Origin: a virus
Taxonomy: Duplodnaviria > Caudoviricetes
IMG/VR virus record: IMGVR_UViG_3300020042_002426
Location: 1 to 43,128 of that record
DNA length: 43,128 bases
Reading direction: 5' to 3' (one strand)
In this document: piece after piece, positions 9,120 through 18,155 of the stretch
How the letters are laid out: each line of letters starts with the position of its first letter
Position numbering within the stretch: position 1 is the first letter of the stretch
Notes under the pieces: model-generated
The model's input: only the letters and a program-made list of their open reading frames with translations
Told to the model about the DNA's origin: nothing
Databases searched by the model: none
Program-made: the position numbers and the translations under genes

Positions 9120-10361
9120 ATGGCTGTAACAATCAATGCCAGCACAAGTGCTGGTCTAGTCCAGACTGCTGACACCAGCGGCGTGTTGGCGCTTCAAACT
9201 GCGGGGACTACGGCGGTATCTATTTCATCAGGGCAGGTTGTTACGTTGACCAATGCGCTTGCAGAAGCCTCTGGTGGCACTGGCACAACTGTTGGATATA
9301 ACGGCTTCAAGAACCGCATCATCAATGGTGCAATGGTGATTGACCAGCGTAATGCGGGGGCTAGTTTAACCCCTACAAATGGTGCTTATTCTCTTGACCG
9401 TTGGCAATTAAATCTAGCTCAAGCATCTAAATTTACAGTTCAGCAATCATCTACTGTACCAACTGGGTTTGGAAATTCTTTAAAAATAACATCATCATCT
9501 GCATACAGTGTTGTTTCAACTGATTATTTTGCTTTGTTGCAATGCATAGAAGCGCAAAACATTACTGATTTTTCTTTTGGGACAGCAAACGCTAAAACAG
9601 TAACTTTATCTTTTTGGGTTTATTCTTCTTTAACAGGAACTTTTGGTGGTTCTGCAAGAAATTACAACGCAGACCGCTCTTACCCATTTTCGTACAGTAT
9701 TTCTTCTGCAAATACATGGGAACAAAAAACAGTAACATTTACTGGAGATACAACAGGTACATGGAACACAACAGGGAATTCTGGTGGATTGTTTATTATT
9801 TTTAGTCTTGGGGCGGGGTCTACTTTAAGTGGAACAGTAAACGCATGGCAAGCAGGTAACTATATTCAACCAACAGGCGCAACAAGCGTAGTCGGCACAA
9901 ATGGCGCAACCCTATTCATCACAGGCGTACAACTAGAAAAAGGCAGTACCGCAACAAGTTTTGATTACCGCCCAATTACAACTGAGTTGGCTTTGTGTCA
10001 GAGGTATTTTGAAATGACATTTCCACAAGGAACTGCGCCAGTAAATGGATATACAGCAGACCTTGTCCAGCAAGGTTTGGGGTTTTGGACTTCTTTTTCT
10101 AATACTGGTATGCGGTCTCCAATCATCTCATTTAAAGTAACAAAAAGAGCCGCTCCCAGTATTACGATATACAGTTCTGGTAACTCTTCAAGTGGAACTT
10201 TTGGTTTTTATAATGGCACATTGGCTACTTGGACAAGTATCTCAACGAATAATGTATACGCCCAAGATTGGGGGGTAGGATTTAATTCTGTGGCAGCCTC
10301 TGGTGCAACAGGGACTTCTTATTTAATGGCTGGTGCATGGACTGCTTCTTCGGAGTTATAA
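9120..10361 (+). CDS. tail fibre / receptor-binding protein with carbohydrate-binding-like domain
   Basis: FKNRIINGAMVIDQRN, DRW, TLSFWV, ITGVQLEKGSTATSFDYR, ELALCQRY motifs. Confidence 0.75.
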   Translation: MAVTINASTSAGLVQTADTSGVLALQTAGTTAVSISSGQVVTLTNALAEASGGTGTTVGYNGFKNRIINGAMVIDQRNAGASLTPTNGAYSLDRWQLNLAQASKFTVQQSSTVPTGFGNSLKITSSSAYSVVSTDYFALLQCIEAQNITDFSFGTANAKTVTLSFWVYSSLTGTFGGSARNYNADRSYPFSYSISSANTWEQKTVTFTGDTTGTWNTTGNSGGLFIIFSLGAGSTLSGTVNAWQAGNYIQPTGATSVVGTNGATLFITGVQLEKGSTATSFDYRPITTELALCQRYFEMTFPQGTAPVNGYTADLVQQGLGFWTSFSNTGMRSPIISFKVTKRAAPSITIYSSGNSSSGTFGFYNGTLATWTSISTNNVYAQDWGVGFNSVAASGATGTSYLMAGAWTASSEL

Positions 10362-10362
10362 A

Positions 10363-10542
10363 ATGTATAAACTTTTACCAAATGATTTAATCACGAATCA
10401 ACCATCAAAATGTGTGTTGTTTGTTGAACAGAATTTGTATATCCCATTTGACCCCGCTAACACAGACTACCAAGTCTACCTAAAGTGGATAGCAGAGGGC
10501 AATACACCATTGCCAGCAGATGAACAAGGAGCATCAGCATGA
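10363..10542 (+). CDS. small tail fibre assembly-like protein
   Basis: GGAG RBS; IPFDPANTDYQVYLKW..EGNTP motif typical downstream of fibre genes. Confidence 0.65.
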   Translation: MYKLLPNDLITNQPSKCVLFVEQNLYIPFDPANTDYQVYLKWIAEGNTPLPADEQGASA

Positions 10543-11141
10543 CAACAATCATAGATGGAACAGCAGGGGTAACCTTCCCTGCGGGTGGAGTAGGTAATCC
10601 TGCTAGTGCTGTGGTGGGTTTAACTGATACTCAGACACTTACTAATAAAAGTATTGTTGCTACACAGTTAACAGGAACTATTGCAGTTGCTAGATTGCCT
10701 GCGGGGTCTGTGTTGCAAGTGGTGAATGCTACTTATTCAACATATACATCTTTTACTTCTGCAACACTTGCTGATTTAGGGTTGTCGGCAACAATAACAC
10801 CATCATCATCATCAAGCAAAATTTTAGTTATTACAGATTTGGCTGGCGGTATAGCAGTTAGTACTGTAAGTGCTGGTGCTAATGTAAAACTATTGCGTGG
10901 TTCTACAACAATTGTAAATCTGGAACAAACTGCTGGAATTATGTCTGGAACATCTACCGAAAGAAATTGGGGTGCTTTTGGTTCTTCTTCTTATTTAGAT
11001 TCACCAGCAACTACTTCTGCAACTACATACAAAATTCAAGTTGCAAATACAAATGGAAGTGGCACTATTTATGTAAATAACTATGCTTTAACTGCAAATT
11101 CTGCGACTTGCACGATGACTTTAATGGAGATTTCAGCATGA
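10539..11141 (+). CDS. short tail fibre-like protein
   Basis: AGGAG RBS; TQTLTNK, GSVLQVV, ITPSSSSSKILV, LDSPATTSATTYK, TLMEISA. Confidence 0.7.
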   Translation: MTTIIDGTAGVTFPAGGVGNPASAVVGLTDTQTLTNKSIVATQLTGTIAVARLPAGSVLQVVNATYSTYTSFTSATLADLGLSATITPSSSSSKILVITDLAGGIAVSTVSAGANVKLLRGSTTIVNLEQTAGIMSGTSTERNWGAFGSSSYLDSPATTSATTYKIQVANTNGSGTIYVNNYALTANSATCTMTLMEISA

Positions 11142-11407
11142 GAAAACACGATGCAATCTATGCTACGCATACAAATATTGCTGTTATTCGTGGTGACGAT
11201 GCTTTTGATGTTCAAGGCAACCCCGTTACCTATGACGAAGCCACAGTTCAAGCCTACATTGATGCTCATGCCTACATAGCCAAACGCCAAGCCGAGTACC
11301 CGCCAATTACTGATTACTTGGACGGTGTGGCCAAAGCCGATCAAGCACAAATTGACAAATACATAGCCGACTGCCAAGCAGTTAAAGCTAAATATCCAAA
11401 AGGTTAA
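11138..11407 (+). CDS. fibre chaperone-like small protein
   Basis: ATGA overlap; Y..KRQAEYP...VKAKYPK motif. Confidence 0.6.
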   Translation: MRKHDAIYATHTNIAVIRGDDAFDVQGNPVTYDEATVQAYIDAHAYIAKRQAEYPPITDYLDGVAKADQAQIDKYIADCQAVKAKYPKG

Positions 11408-11410
11408 ACC

Positions 11411-11563
11411 ATGAACGAAATCAAACTCTCAACCAACTTGGTAAATGCCATCCTGCAATACCTTGGCAAGCAGCCCTACGCTGACGTTTTTCAGATCGTA
11501 GACGCCATCCAAAAAGAAGCTCAAGCGCAGGCTACTGCACCTGAGCAACCAGTACAGGAATGA
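11411..11563 (+). CDS. 50-aa hypothetical protein (below ORF-track cutoff)
   Basis: MNEIKLSTNLVNAILQYLGKQPYADVFQIVDAIQKEAQAQ...; fills the gap between two genes; stop overlaps next ATG. Confidence 0.65.
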   Translation: MNEIKLSTNLVNAILQYLGKQPYADVFQIVDAIQKEAQAQATAPEQPVQE

Positions 11564-11784
11564 AAGACATGGAAGCGGTTCAAGAATTAGCCACAGAGAC
11601 CGATAAGCGCTTGAGTGTCCATGAGGCCATCTGCGCGCAACGGTATGAAGGCATTCAGGCCCGCTTTGATGAGGGCTCTAAGCGCATGACCAGGGTTGAG
11701 TACCTCTTGTATGTCGTCATACTAGTCGTGTTGCTGGGTCCTGGGGTAGCAGCAGAATTTGTCAAGAAACTTTTGGGGCTGTAA
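11560..11784 (+). CDS. small membrane protein (coiled coil plus C-terminal TM), lysis module
   Basis: LSVHEAICAQRY then hydrophobic LLYVVILVVLLG. Confidence 0.6.
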   Translation: MKDMEAVQELATETDKRLSVHEAICAQRYEGIQARFDEGSKRMTRVEYLLYVVILVVLLGPGVAAEFVKKLLGL

Positions 11785-12312
11785 ATTGAGCCGATCACCC
11801 TTGCCCTTGCCGCAATTGCTGGCATCAAGCAAGGGATTGCTCTTTACAAGGACGCAAAGGCAACCGGGTCAGACCTCTACAAGATAACGAAGGAGATTTC
11901 AGGGTTTATTGGGCAGTTTTTTGAAGCGCAGGAGGAAATAAAAAAGGAAGTAAAGCGCGACGAGTTAAACCCGCCAAAGGAAAAATCGCTTAAGGCGCAA
12001 GCCCTTGAAAATGTGTTCAACCAGATTGAACTTGAGCGGCAGGCAGTGGAGCTTCGTGAATACTTGATCTACCACACGGACCCGGCGTTGGGAGCCGTTT
12101 GGTCAAGGTATGAAAAAGAATTTGCAAGGCTTGCTAAAAAGCACGATGAAGAGATTAAACAAGAGGTGATAGCTGAACGGAAGAGAAAATGGCAACGACA
12201 AAAAATGATCGACAGATTGCAGCACAACGCACTAATTCTTGGAGCGGTCCTGTTAGTAGTCCTAGAAGTCTGGGCCCTGATGTACGCAATTCACCTGAAT
12301 CGGGATACATAG
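11785..12312 (+). CDS. coiled-coil membrane-anchored protein, probably starting at ATT 11785
   Basis: frame is open from 11785 (IEPITLALAAIAGIKQG...) to 12312; first standard start (GTG 12013) would leave a 228-bp gap; C-terminal TM. Confidence 0.55.
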   Translation: MEPITLALAAIAGIKQGIALYKDAKATGSDLYKITKEISGFIGQFFEAQEEIKKEVKRDELNPPKEKSLKAQALENVFNQIELERQAVELREYLIYHTDPALGAVWSRYEKEFARLAKKHDEEIKQEVIAERKRKWQRQKMIDRLQHNALILGAVLLVVLEVWALMYAIHLNRDT

Positions 12313-12467
12313 TGGTAGTGGTCTTGTTGATGCTCTTGTTTTGCTTGCTGCTTCCAATCATGACAATGATGTATTTTGACATCTTGAAGGTACAAAAACA
12401 AGCTGAGCGGGATCAAGCGCGAATTGAAAAGGTCTTAAAAAACTTGGAAGAAAAGGATAAAAAATGA
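12189..12467 (+). CDS. small membrane protein (start uncertain: ATG 12189 or GTG 12312)
   Basis: hydrophobic VVVVLLMLLFCLLLPIM then charged coiled coil; stop overlaps next ATG. Confidence 0.5.
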   Translation: MATTKNDRQIAAQRTNSWSGPVSSPRSLGPDVRNSPESGYIVVVVLLMLLFCLLLPIMTMMYFDILKVQKQAERDQARIEKVLKNLEEKDKK

Positions 12468-12811
12468 GCGAAGAAAAGATACAGGCAATGGAAACCAAGA
12501 GTGCTCTGATCGAAAAGATCACGTTCGCCCTATTGCCTTTGTTGTTTTCCTGTGTCGTCTATCTGATGAGTGCTTTGTCAAACTTGTCGCACGAGGTGAC
12601 GATCCTGAACAGCAAGATCAGCCTGGTTGTGACTTCAGACAATAAGCAAGCCAGCAATACTGGAGCTGAACTGGCAAGAGAAAAACTGCGACAAGACCTT
12701 GAAAAAGAGATCCAAAAGAATCGTGATGACATTCATGTCAACCGACTTCACATTGCTATCTTAGAAGATAGAGCAGGCATAAAGACGACCTTTAAAAAGG
12801 AAGATAAATGA
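12464..12811 (+). CDS. membrane protein with coiled coil (lysis module)
   Basis: AAGGA RBS; one TM then heptad repeats. Confidence 0.6.
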   Translation: MSEEKIQAMETKSALIEKITFALLPLLFSCVVYLMSALSNLSHEVTILNSKISLVVTSDNKQASNTGAELAREKLRQDLEKEIQKNRDDIHVNRLHIAILEDRAGIKTTFKKEDK

Positions 12812-13320
12812 TACCAATAGTTGCATCTTTACTAGGGACCTTGGCTCAAAATGGCCTGGGTCTTTTGTCGTCTGCGATCCAAGCCAAGGGCAAAGAAGTA
12901 GTTGAAAACGCGCTTGGTGTCAAGATCAGTGACAACCCAACTCCAGAAGATGTCAGCAAGCTGCGTCAGCTGCAATATGACCACGAAGAGCGTCTCCTAG
13001 AACTTGGCATTGAAAAAGCCAAGATGGAGCTGGCTGAGATGGAATTGCTAGCTAAGGCAGCCCAAAACGATGCCGACAACATCACCGACCGTTGGCAAGC
13101 TGACATGTCCTCTGACTCCTGGCTGTCCAAGAACATTCGTCCGATGTCGCTGATTGCCATCTTCCTGGGTTACTTCTTGTTTGCCTTGATGAGTGCCTAC
13201 GGTTATAACGCCAACGAATCCTACGTCACGCTGCTTGGAAATTGGGGCATGTTGATCATGGGGGCTTATTTTGGCGGACGCACTATTGAGAAACTGGCAG
13301 ACATGCGAGGTAAAAAATGA
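12808..13320 (+). CDS. holin (3TM/GTA-type holin-like)
   Basis: SDSWLSKNIRP, TM segments, GAYFGGRTIEK; directly upstream of endolysin. Confidence 0.7.
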   Translation: MIPIVASLLGTLAQNGLGLLSSAIQAKGKEVVENALGVKISDNPTPEDVSKLRQLQYDHEERLLELGIEKAKMELAEMELLAKAAQNDADNITDRWQADMSSDSWLSKNIRPMSLIAIFLGYFLFALMSAYGYNANESYVTLLGNWGMLIMGAYFGGRTIEKLADMRGKK

Positions 13321-13655
13321 GCCTAAGCACCGAACAAGCAGCATTCTTATTAGACGCCTGCAAGCTGATCCAGTACGCCACCGAACAAGGTTTCATGGTG
13401 ACTGGTGGAGAATTGCAGCGCACTCCTGAACAGCAGGCCATCTACGTCAAGACCGGACGCAGCAAGACTATGGACTCGATCCATTTAAAACGCTGCGCCA
13501 TTGACCTAAACTTCTTCAAAGACGGTAAGATCATCTGGGACAAAACAATCTTGGCTCCATTAGGAGCCTATTGGGAAAGCCTGTACCCCAAAAACCGTTG
13601 GGGCGGCAATTTCAAGAGCCTGGTGGATTGCCCGCACTTTGAGAGGAACGTCTAA
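13317..13655 (+). CDS. endolysin, peptidase M15 family
   Basis: RTPEQQ, SIHLKRCAIDL (H..D), WGGNF..DCPHFE zinc-binding motifs. Confidence 0.85.
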   Translation: MSLSTEQAAFLLDACKLIQYATEQGFMVTGGELQRTPEQQAIYVKTGRSKTMDSIHLKRCAIDLNFFKDGKIIWDKTILAPLGAYWESLYPKNRWGGNFKSLVDCPHFERNV

Positions 13656-14308
13656 TGCCACAAGCAATGACCTTTGCGTCGCTGCAGAACGACGTCCGCA
13701 GCTACCTGGAACGTGGCGCTACATTGGTCACGGACCCGTTGGTCTTTGCGCAGATCCCAAGCCTGATCAATTTTGCAGAACGCCGCATCAGTCGCGACCT
13801 CAAGATCCAGGGCTTTCAGGTGGCCGTAGTTACAAACTTGCAGGCTAGCGTTGCCGTCATCGCCAAGCCGGACCGCTGGCGCGATACCATCTCGATGAAC
13901 ATTGGGACGGGGACTGGCAACAATACCAGACAACAGCTCTTTACCCGCAGCTACGAATACTTGAGAAGCTATTGGCCAGACGAGACGCAAGTTGACGAGC
14001 CTGTCATCTATGCTGACTATAACTACACTAATTGGATCATTGCGCCAACTCCGGATTACGCCTATCCAATCGAGATCCTGTACTACGAATTGCCTGCCCT
14101 GTTGGATGATAACACTCAGACCAACTGGCTTACCCAGTATGCTCCCAACTTGCTGCTTTACGCTACCTTGTTGGAAGCTACTCCATTCCTGAAGAACGAC
14201 GAACGCATCCCAGTCTGGCAAACCATGTACGCATCAGCAGCACAAGCGCTGCAAGGTGAAGACATGAGCAAGGTCCTTGACCGCGGTGCAGTAAGAAACG
14301 AGGCCTAA
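13655..14308 (+). CDS. head-tail connector/adaptor-like protein
   Basis: IPSLINFAERRI, APTPD..Y, TNWL...PNLLLYATL.EA.PFLKND motifs. Confidence 0.65.
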   Translation: MPQAMTFASLQNDVRSYLERGATLVTDPLVFAQIPSLINFAERRISRDLKIQGFQVAVVTNLQASVAVIAKPDRWRDTISMNIGTGTGNNTRQQLFTRSYEYLRSYWPDETQVDEPVIYADYNYTNWIIAPTPDYAYPIEILYYELPALLDDNTQTNWLTQYAPNLLLYATLLEATPFLKNDERIPVWQTMYASAAQALQGEDMSKVLDRGAVRNEA

Positions 14309-14309
14309 T

Positions 14310-15500
14310 ATGACCGTCTATACCAACATCTTTGGCGGCAGCAACATCTCTCCTGCAGAGATCAGCTACGCTGCAGTCAGCTTGACCGCCAACACTACGT
14401 ATGACTGGGCCCTTGAGACTGCTCCATCAACAAACTTAATCGCTGGCATCATGGACGTGACGGCCACCTCAGGTCCTTGGAGCCTGACCCTGCCAAGTGC
14501 CTTGGAAGCTTCTACAGGCCAGACCATCCTGTTTAACAACGTTGGGGCTAATTCCTTTATCATCAGGAACAACGCCGGCACGCAGGTAGCTGCTCCTACG
14601 TCTGGTCAAGTCTGGCAACTTTACCTGACCAACAACACCACGGCGGGGGGCACTTGGCTTGCATTCCAGTATGGGGCAGCCGTATCAACTGCAAATGCCG
14701 CGTCTCTGGCTGGCACCGGCCTGATTGCCATTGGTGCCCTCTTGTCCTTGGCCATGCCCGTCACGTTCTTTGGCACCGCCTATACGGCGGGCATTACTGA
14801 CCGGGCTAAGACCTTCATCTGGAATGGAGGAGCTGGTACTTTTACCATGTCAGCAGCTGGCACGTTAGGCGACAACTGGTTCCTGCAGCTTCGCAACGAA
14901 GGCACCGGAGCCCTTGTCGTAGATCCTCCAGGCACGCAGACTATCAATGGCTCTTCTACCCTGACATTTCAGCCAGGCGATTCTGCTATCATCTTCACGG
15001 ACGGCAACAACTTCTACACGATCGGCTACGGTCAAGCCCCGGTTTTTGCGTTTGACTATACAACCATCGGCGTTGCAGGAACAGGCAACTACACCTTGTC
15101 TGGCAGCGAGTTAAACCGCATTGCCTATAGCTTTACAGGCGTCTTGACTGGCAACCGCAATATCATCGTGCCGCAGACCGTCCAGCAATACTGGGTGGCT
15201 AACAACACGACAGGTCCATATACCCTGACCGTCAAGACTTCGATTGCCTCAGGTACATCAGTCACCCAAGGAGCCAGGGCGATTCTTTATTGTGACAGCA
15301 CCAACGTGGTTGCAGCAGATACCTCTGGCGTCTCGCTTCCGCTTGCAATAACTGACGGTGGTACTGGAGCCACCACAGCAGGTAACGCCCTGATCAACCT
15401 AGGCGGAACAGCCACTGGAATTGCCGTCTTTACCGCAGCTACGCAAGCAGCCGCGCAAGTGGCCATTGGCCTTGACCCCATCCAGGGCGGAACCTTCTAA
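14310..15500 (+). CDS. tail structural protein
   Basis: 396 aa; repeated beta modules; ends IQGGTF. Confidence 0.65.
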   Translation: MTVYTNIFGGSNISPAEISYAAVSLTANTTYDWALETAPSTNLIAGIMDVTATSGPWSLTLPSALEASTGQTILFNNVGANSFIIRNNAGTQVAAPTSGQVWQLYLTNNTTAGGTWLAFQYGAAVSTANAASLAGTGLIAIGALLSLAMPVTFFGTAYTAGITDRAKTFIWNGGAGTFTMSAAGTLGDNWFLQLRNEGTGALVVDPPGTQTINGSSTLTFQPGDSAIIFTDGNNFYTIGYGQAPVFAFDYTTIGVAGTGNYTLSGSELNRIAYSFTGVLTGNRNIIVPQTVQQYWVANNTTGPYTLTVKTSIASGTSVTQGARAILYCDSTNVVAADTSGVSLPLAITDGGTGATTAGNALINLGGTATGIAVFTAATQAAAQVAIGLDPIQGGTF

Positions 15501-17146
15501 TGGCAACAACCCCCGTCATCTTAAAGTCACTGCCTGGCATAAAGCGCGACGGTACTAGGTACGAGGGCGACTATTACGTGGACGGCCAATGGGTCCGTTG
15601 GCAACGTGGCCTTCCTCGTAAGGTTGGAGGTTACAGCGTCGTCAACCGCTACTTGACCGAGATTAGCCGTGGGGTCAAGACATTTACAGAAAATGGTTTG
15701 ACTTACTTTCACTCTGGATCTGCTGGCTTAGTTGAGCGGTTTACTTTAACCGCAACAGGCAACTCTAGCATCACTACTGACCGCACTCCGTCAACCCTGC
15801 TAGACAACGATGACAACCTCTGGCAGTTTGACGTGATCTATGACACGCAGTCCATACCAGCTGCCAACATGATCGTCGCCCAAGTAGCCCCAAATGCTGG
15901 CTGCCTTTGCAACACGGATGATGGTCAGGTCTTCATTGGCAGCATGACTGGCACTACTCCGCTGACGGAGATTACCACGTTTCCTGCTGGCGTAAGTGCA
16001 ACTGGCGGGGTAGTTGTCTTGCATCCCTACCTGATGTACTTTGGCAACGACGGCGTTGTCGGGTGGTCAGTGGCAGGAGACCCAACTGACTTGACAGGAG
16101 CCGGTTCAGGTAATGCCCGAGTAGCAGGTCAAAAGATTGTCAGGGCTTTGGCACTTCGAGGCGGTCCAGGTAACGCTCCGGCAGGTCTCTTTTGGAGTGC
16201 GGATGCGGTCATACGCGCTTCTTATGTAGGTGGAACAGAGATCTTTCAGTTTGACACGATCAGCCCGTATTCCAGTATCTTGTCTGCCAGCTCAGTCATT
16301 GAATACGACGGCATCTACTACTGGTTGGGCACGGACCGCATGCTGATGTTTAACGGCGTGGTTCGCGAGATCCCCAATAACTTAAACATCAACTACTTCT
16401 ACGACGGTCTAAATAGAGAAGCCTCCCAGCGTGTCTGGGCTTACAAGGTCCCCAGATATGGCGAGATCTGGTGGTGCTATCCGCGTGGAGACGCCACGGA
16501 ATGCACTCATGCCATCATCTACAACATCCGCGAGAATACCTGGTATGACACCGAGCTACCTAATAACGGCAGAACGGCAGGTGAGTGGTCGCCACTTTAT
16601 GCGGCCCCATTATTGTGCGGATTGGAATTGTCATCTTACGTGGCAAATAACAGGATCACTGAGGCAGCAGACCTAAGGGTTACCGAAGACGGCTTGCAGC
16701 GAATCATTATCCCGCAAGAGGGGTACAAGGTCTGGCAGCATGAAAAAGGCGTCAACGAGATCGACGGCCAATTCATCACGGCTGTCCCTTCTTACTTCGA
16801 GACGGCGGACATGAGTATGCTGGTTCCTTCTGGAGGATCTAAGAACAAGTGGATCCGGGTTGAGGCCATTGAGCCAGACTTTGTGCAGTCTGAGAACATG
16901 ACGGTCCAGTTGACCGGAAGAGCCAATGCCAAGGCGGCAGAAGTCCAGGGATCTGAACGCACAATCTTTGCAGAGCCAACTACCCCTTACGAGCAAGTGG
17001 TCTGGTTCAAAGAAGAACGCCGCGAACTGCGGTTTAAGTTTACCTCTAACACCATCAATGGCGACTACCAGATGGGCCAGATCATTGCGCACGTTGGTGA
17101 GGCCGACGGCTCCATGCTTGGTGGCGTTGCAGAAGGCTCCACGTGA
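15500..17146 (+). CDS. tail nozzle / DNA stabilisation protein (tubular B / P22 gp10-like)
   Basis: LPGIKRD, WVRW..G.PRKVGG, GEIWWCYP...YN..ENTW beta-propeller pattern; lies before ejection genes. Confidence 0.7.
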   Translation: MATTPVILKSLPGIKRDGTRYEGDYYVDGQWVRWQRGLPRKVGGYSVVNRYLTEISRGVKTFTENGLTYFHSGSAGLVERFTLTATGNSSITTDRTPSTLLDNDDNLWQFDVIYDTQSIPAANMIVAQVAPNAGCLCNTDDGQVFIGSMTGTTPLTEITTFPAGVSATGGVVVLHPYLMYFGNDGVVGWSVAGDPTDLTGAGSGNARVAGQKIVRALALRGGPGNAPAGLFWSADAVIRASYVGGTEIFQFDTISPYSSILSASSVIEYDGIYYWLGTDRMLMFNGVVREIPNNLNINYFYDGLNREASQRVWAYKVPRYGEIWWCYPRGDATECTHAIIYNIRENTWYDTELPNNGRTAGEWSPLYAAPLLCGLELSSYVANNRITEAADLRVTEDGLQRIIIPQEGYKVWQHEKGVNEIDGQFITAVPSYFETADMSMLVPSGGSKNKWIRVEAIEPDFVQSENMTVQLTGRANAKAAEVQGSERTIFAEPTTPYEQVVWFKEERRELRFKFTSNTINGDYQMGQIIAHVGEADGSMLGGVAEGST

Positions 17147-17370
17147 TCACGCAACCAGCTATAATGGGCTTGCGTGATTGGGCCGATCAGATCAATATGG
17201 ACCTGTCAACCTATGGCGTACTTATGCGGCTGGACGACGAAACAAAATGGCAGGAGTGGGGGCAACAGTTCTGCGTAATATCTGGACTTAGCCAAAAGAA
17301 CGTTCCTGATCCATTTTATTACACCGACTGGCGCGAGTGGGCGCAACGTTTTGTTGGAGTGGTAGACTAA
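17143..17370 (+). CDS. Trp-rich hypothetical protein
   Basis: GTGA overlap; WQEWG...PDP...DWREWA. Confidence 0.6.
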   Translation: MITQPAIMGLRDWADQINMDLSTYGVLMRLDDETKWQEWGQQFCVISGLSQKNVPDPFYYTDWREWAQRFVGVVD

Positions 17371-17645
17371 TGACAGACCAAGAATTTCTTGAGTTGCTAA
17401 ATGAAGTGGCCAAAAAAGCAAAGCCATTTAACAACGAACTGACTTTCATTGATTCTATGGATAAGCGCCTCAATGAGACTAGTTTAGATAGCCTAGATGT
17501 ACTGACCTGCGCCATTCATCTTTGTGAGATTTACGACGTTGAAGAAGAACAAAGCAAGGAAATGTTTGGGGAAACGCCTCGCGACTTTCTTGAGTTTCTC
17601 AAAAAATGGGGCCGTAAACAACCAATTTTTCCTAGAACAAATTAA
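17370..17645 (+). CDS. acyl carrier protein-like
   Basis: 91 aa, acidic and helical; SLDSLD matches the phosphopantetheine attachment motif (G)xDSL; GGAG RBS and TAATG coupling. Confidence 0.65.
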   Translation: MTDQEFLELLNEVAKKAKPFNNELTFIDSMDKRLNETSLDSLDVLTCAIHLCEIYDVEEEQSKEMFGETPRDFLEFLKKWGRKQPIFPRTN

Positions 17646-17699
17646 AATGATTAAAACTTACGGCGCCGAAACAAAACTTAATAACATGGGGATCTAATT

Positions 17700-18155
17700 A
17701 TGCCGCTTGTAGACAGCAAACAACAATTGTTAGACCTTGGCGAATTGCTTAAAGTATCCGCTGAGGACACAAAATCAGAGTACCCAATGGAGTTTGTTTA
17801 CGCTTCTTTTGTCAAGGAAGTGCAAATGCCAGGCAGCAAATTTTATCGCTACGGTAATACGATCTACATTGTACACGCCTCTTCAGAGGATCCTCGCAAG
17901 GGCATGTTTAGAGCTCTAAACGCAGATACAGCTTCTAATTTTCTTGCTTCTGCCTACGCCTTTACTGTTGATGCCTACAAGTCAGGCTTTGACACCCTGG
18001 TCACCCAGTTCAGCAATCAAAGTCTCCTGAATATCTTTAGGCAGGTCATGAAAAATCCTCCCAATCCTGGCATGGGCTATAACGTCTCTATGCTTGCTGA
18101 TGGGCAGTATCAAGTTGCTGTGCAACTCGGACAAAAACGTGAAGGAGCACAATAA
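17700..18155 (+). CDS. hypothetical protein, possibly GNAT-like internal virion protein
   Basis: 151 aa alpha/beta; located between nozzle and ejection proteins; fold call is positional only. Confidence 0.5.
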   Translation: MPLVDSKQQLLDLGELLKVSAEDTKSEYPMEFVYASFVKEVQMPGSKFYRYGNTIYIVHASSEDPRKGMFRALNADTASNFLASAYAFTVDAYKSGFDTLVTQFSNQSLLNIFRQVMKNPPNPGMGYNVSMLADGQYQVAVQLGQKREGAQ

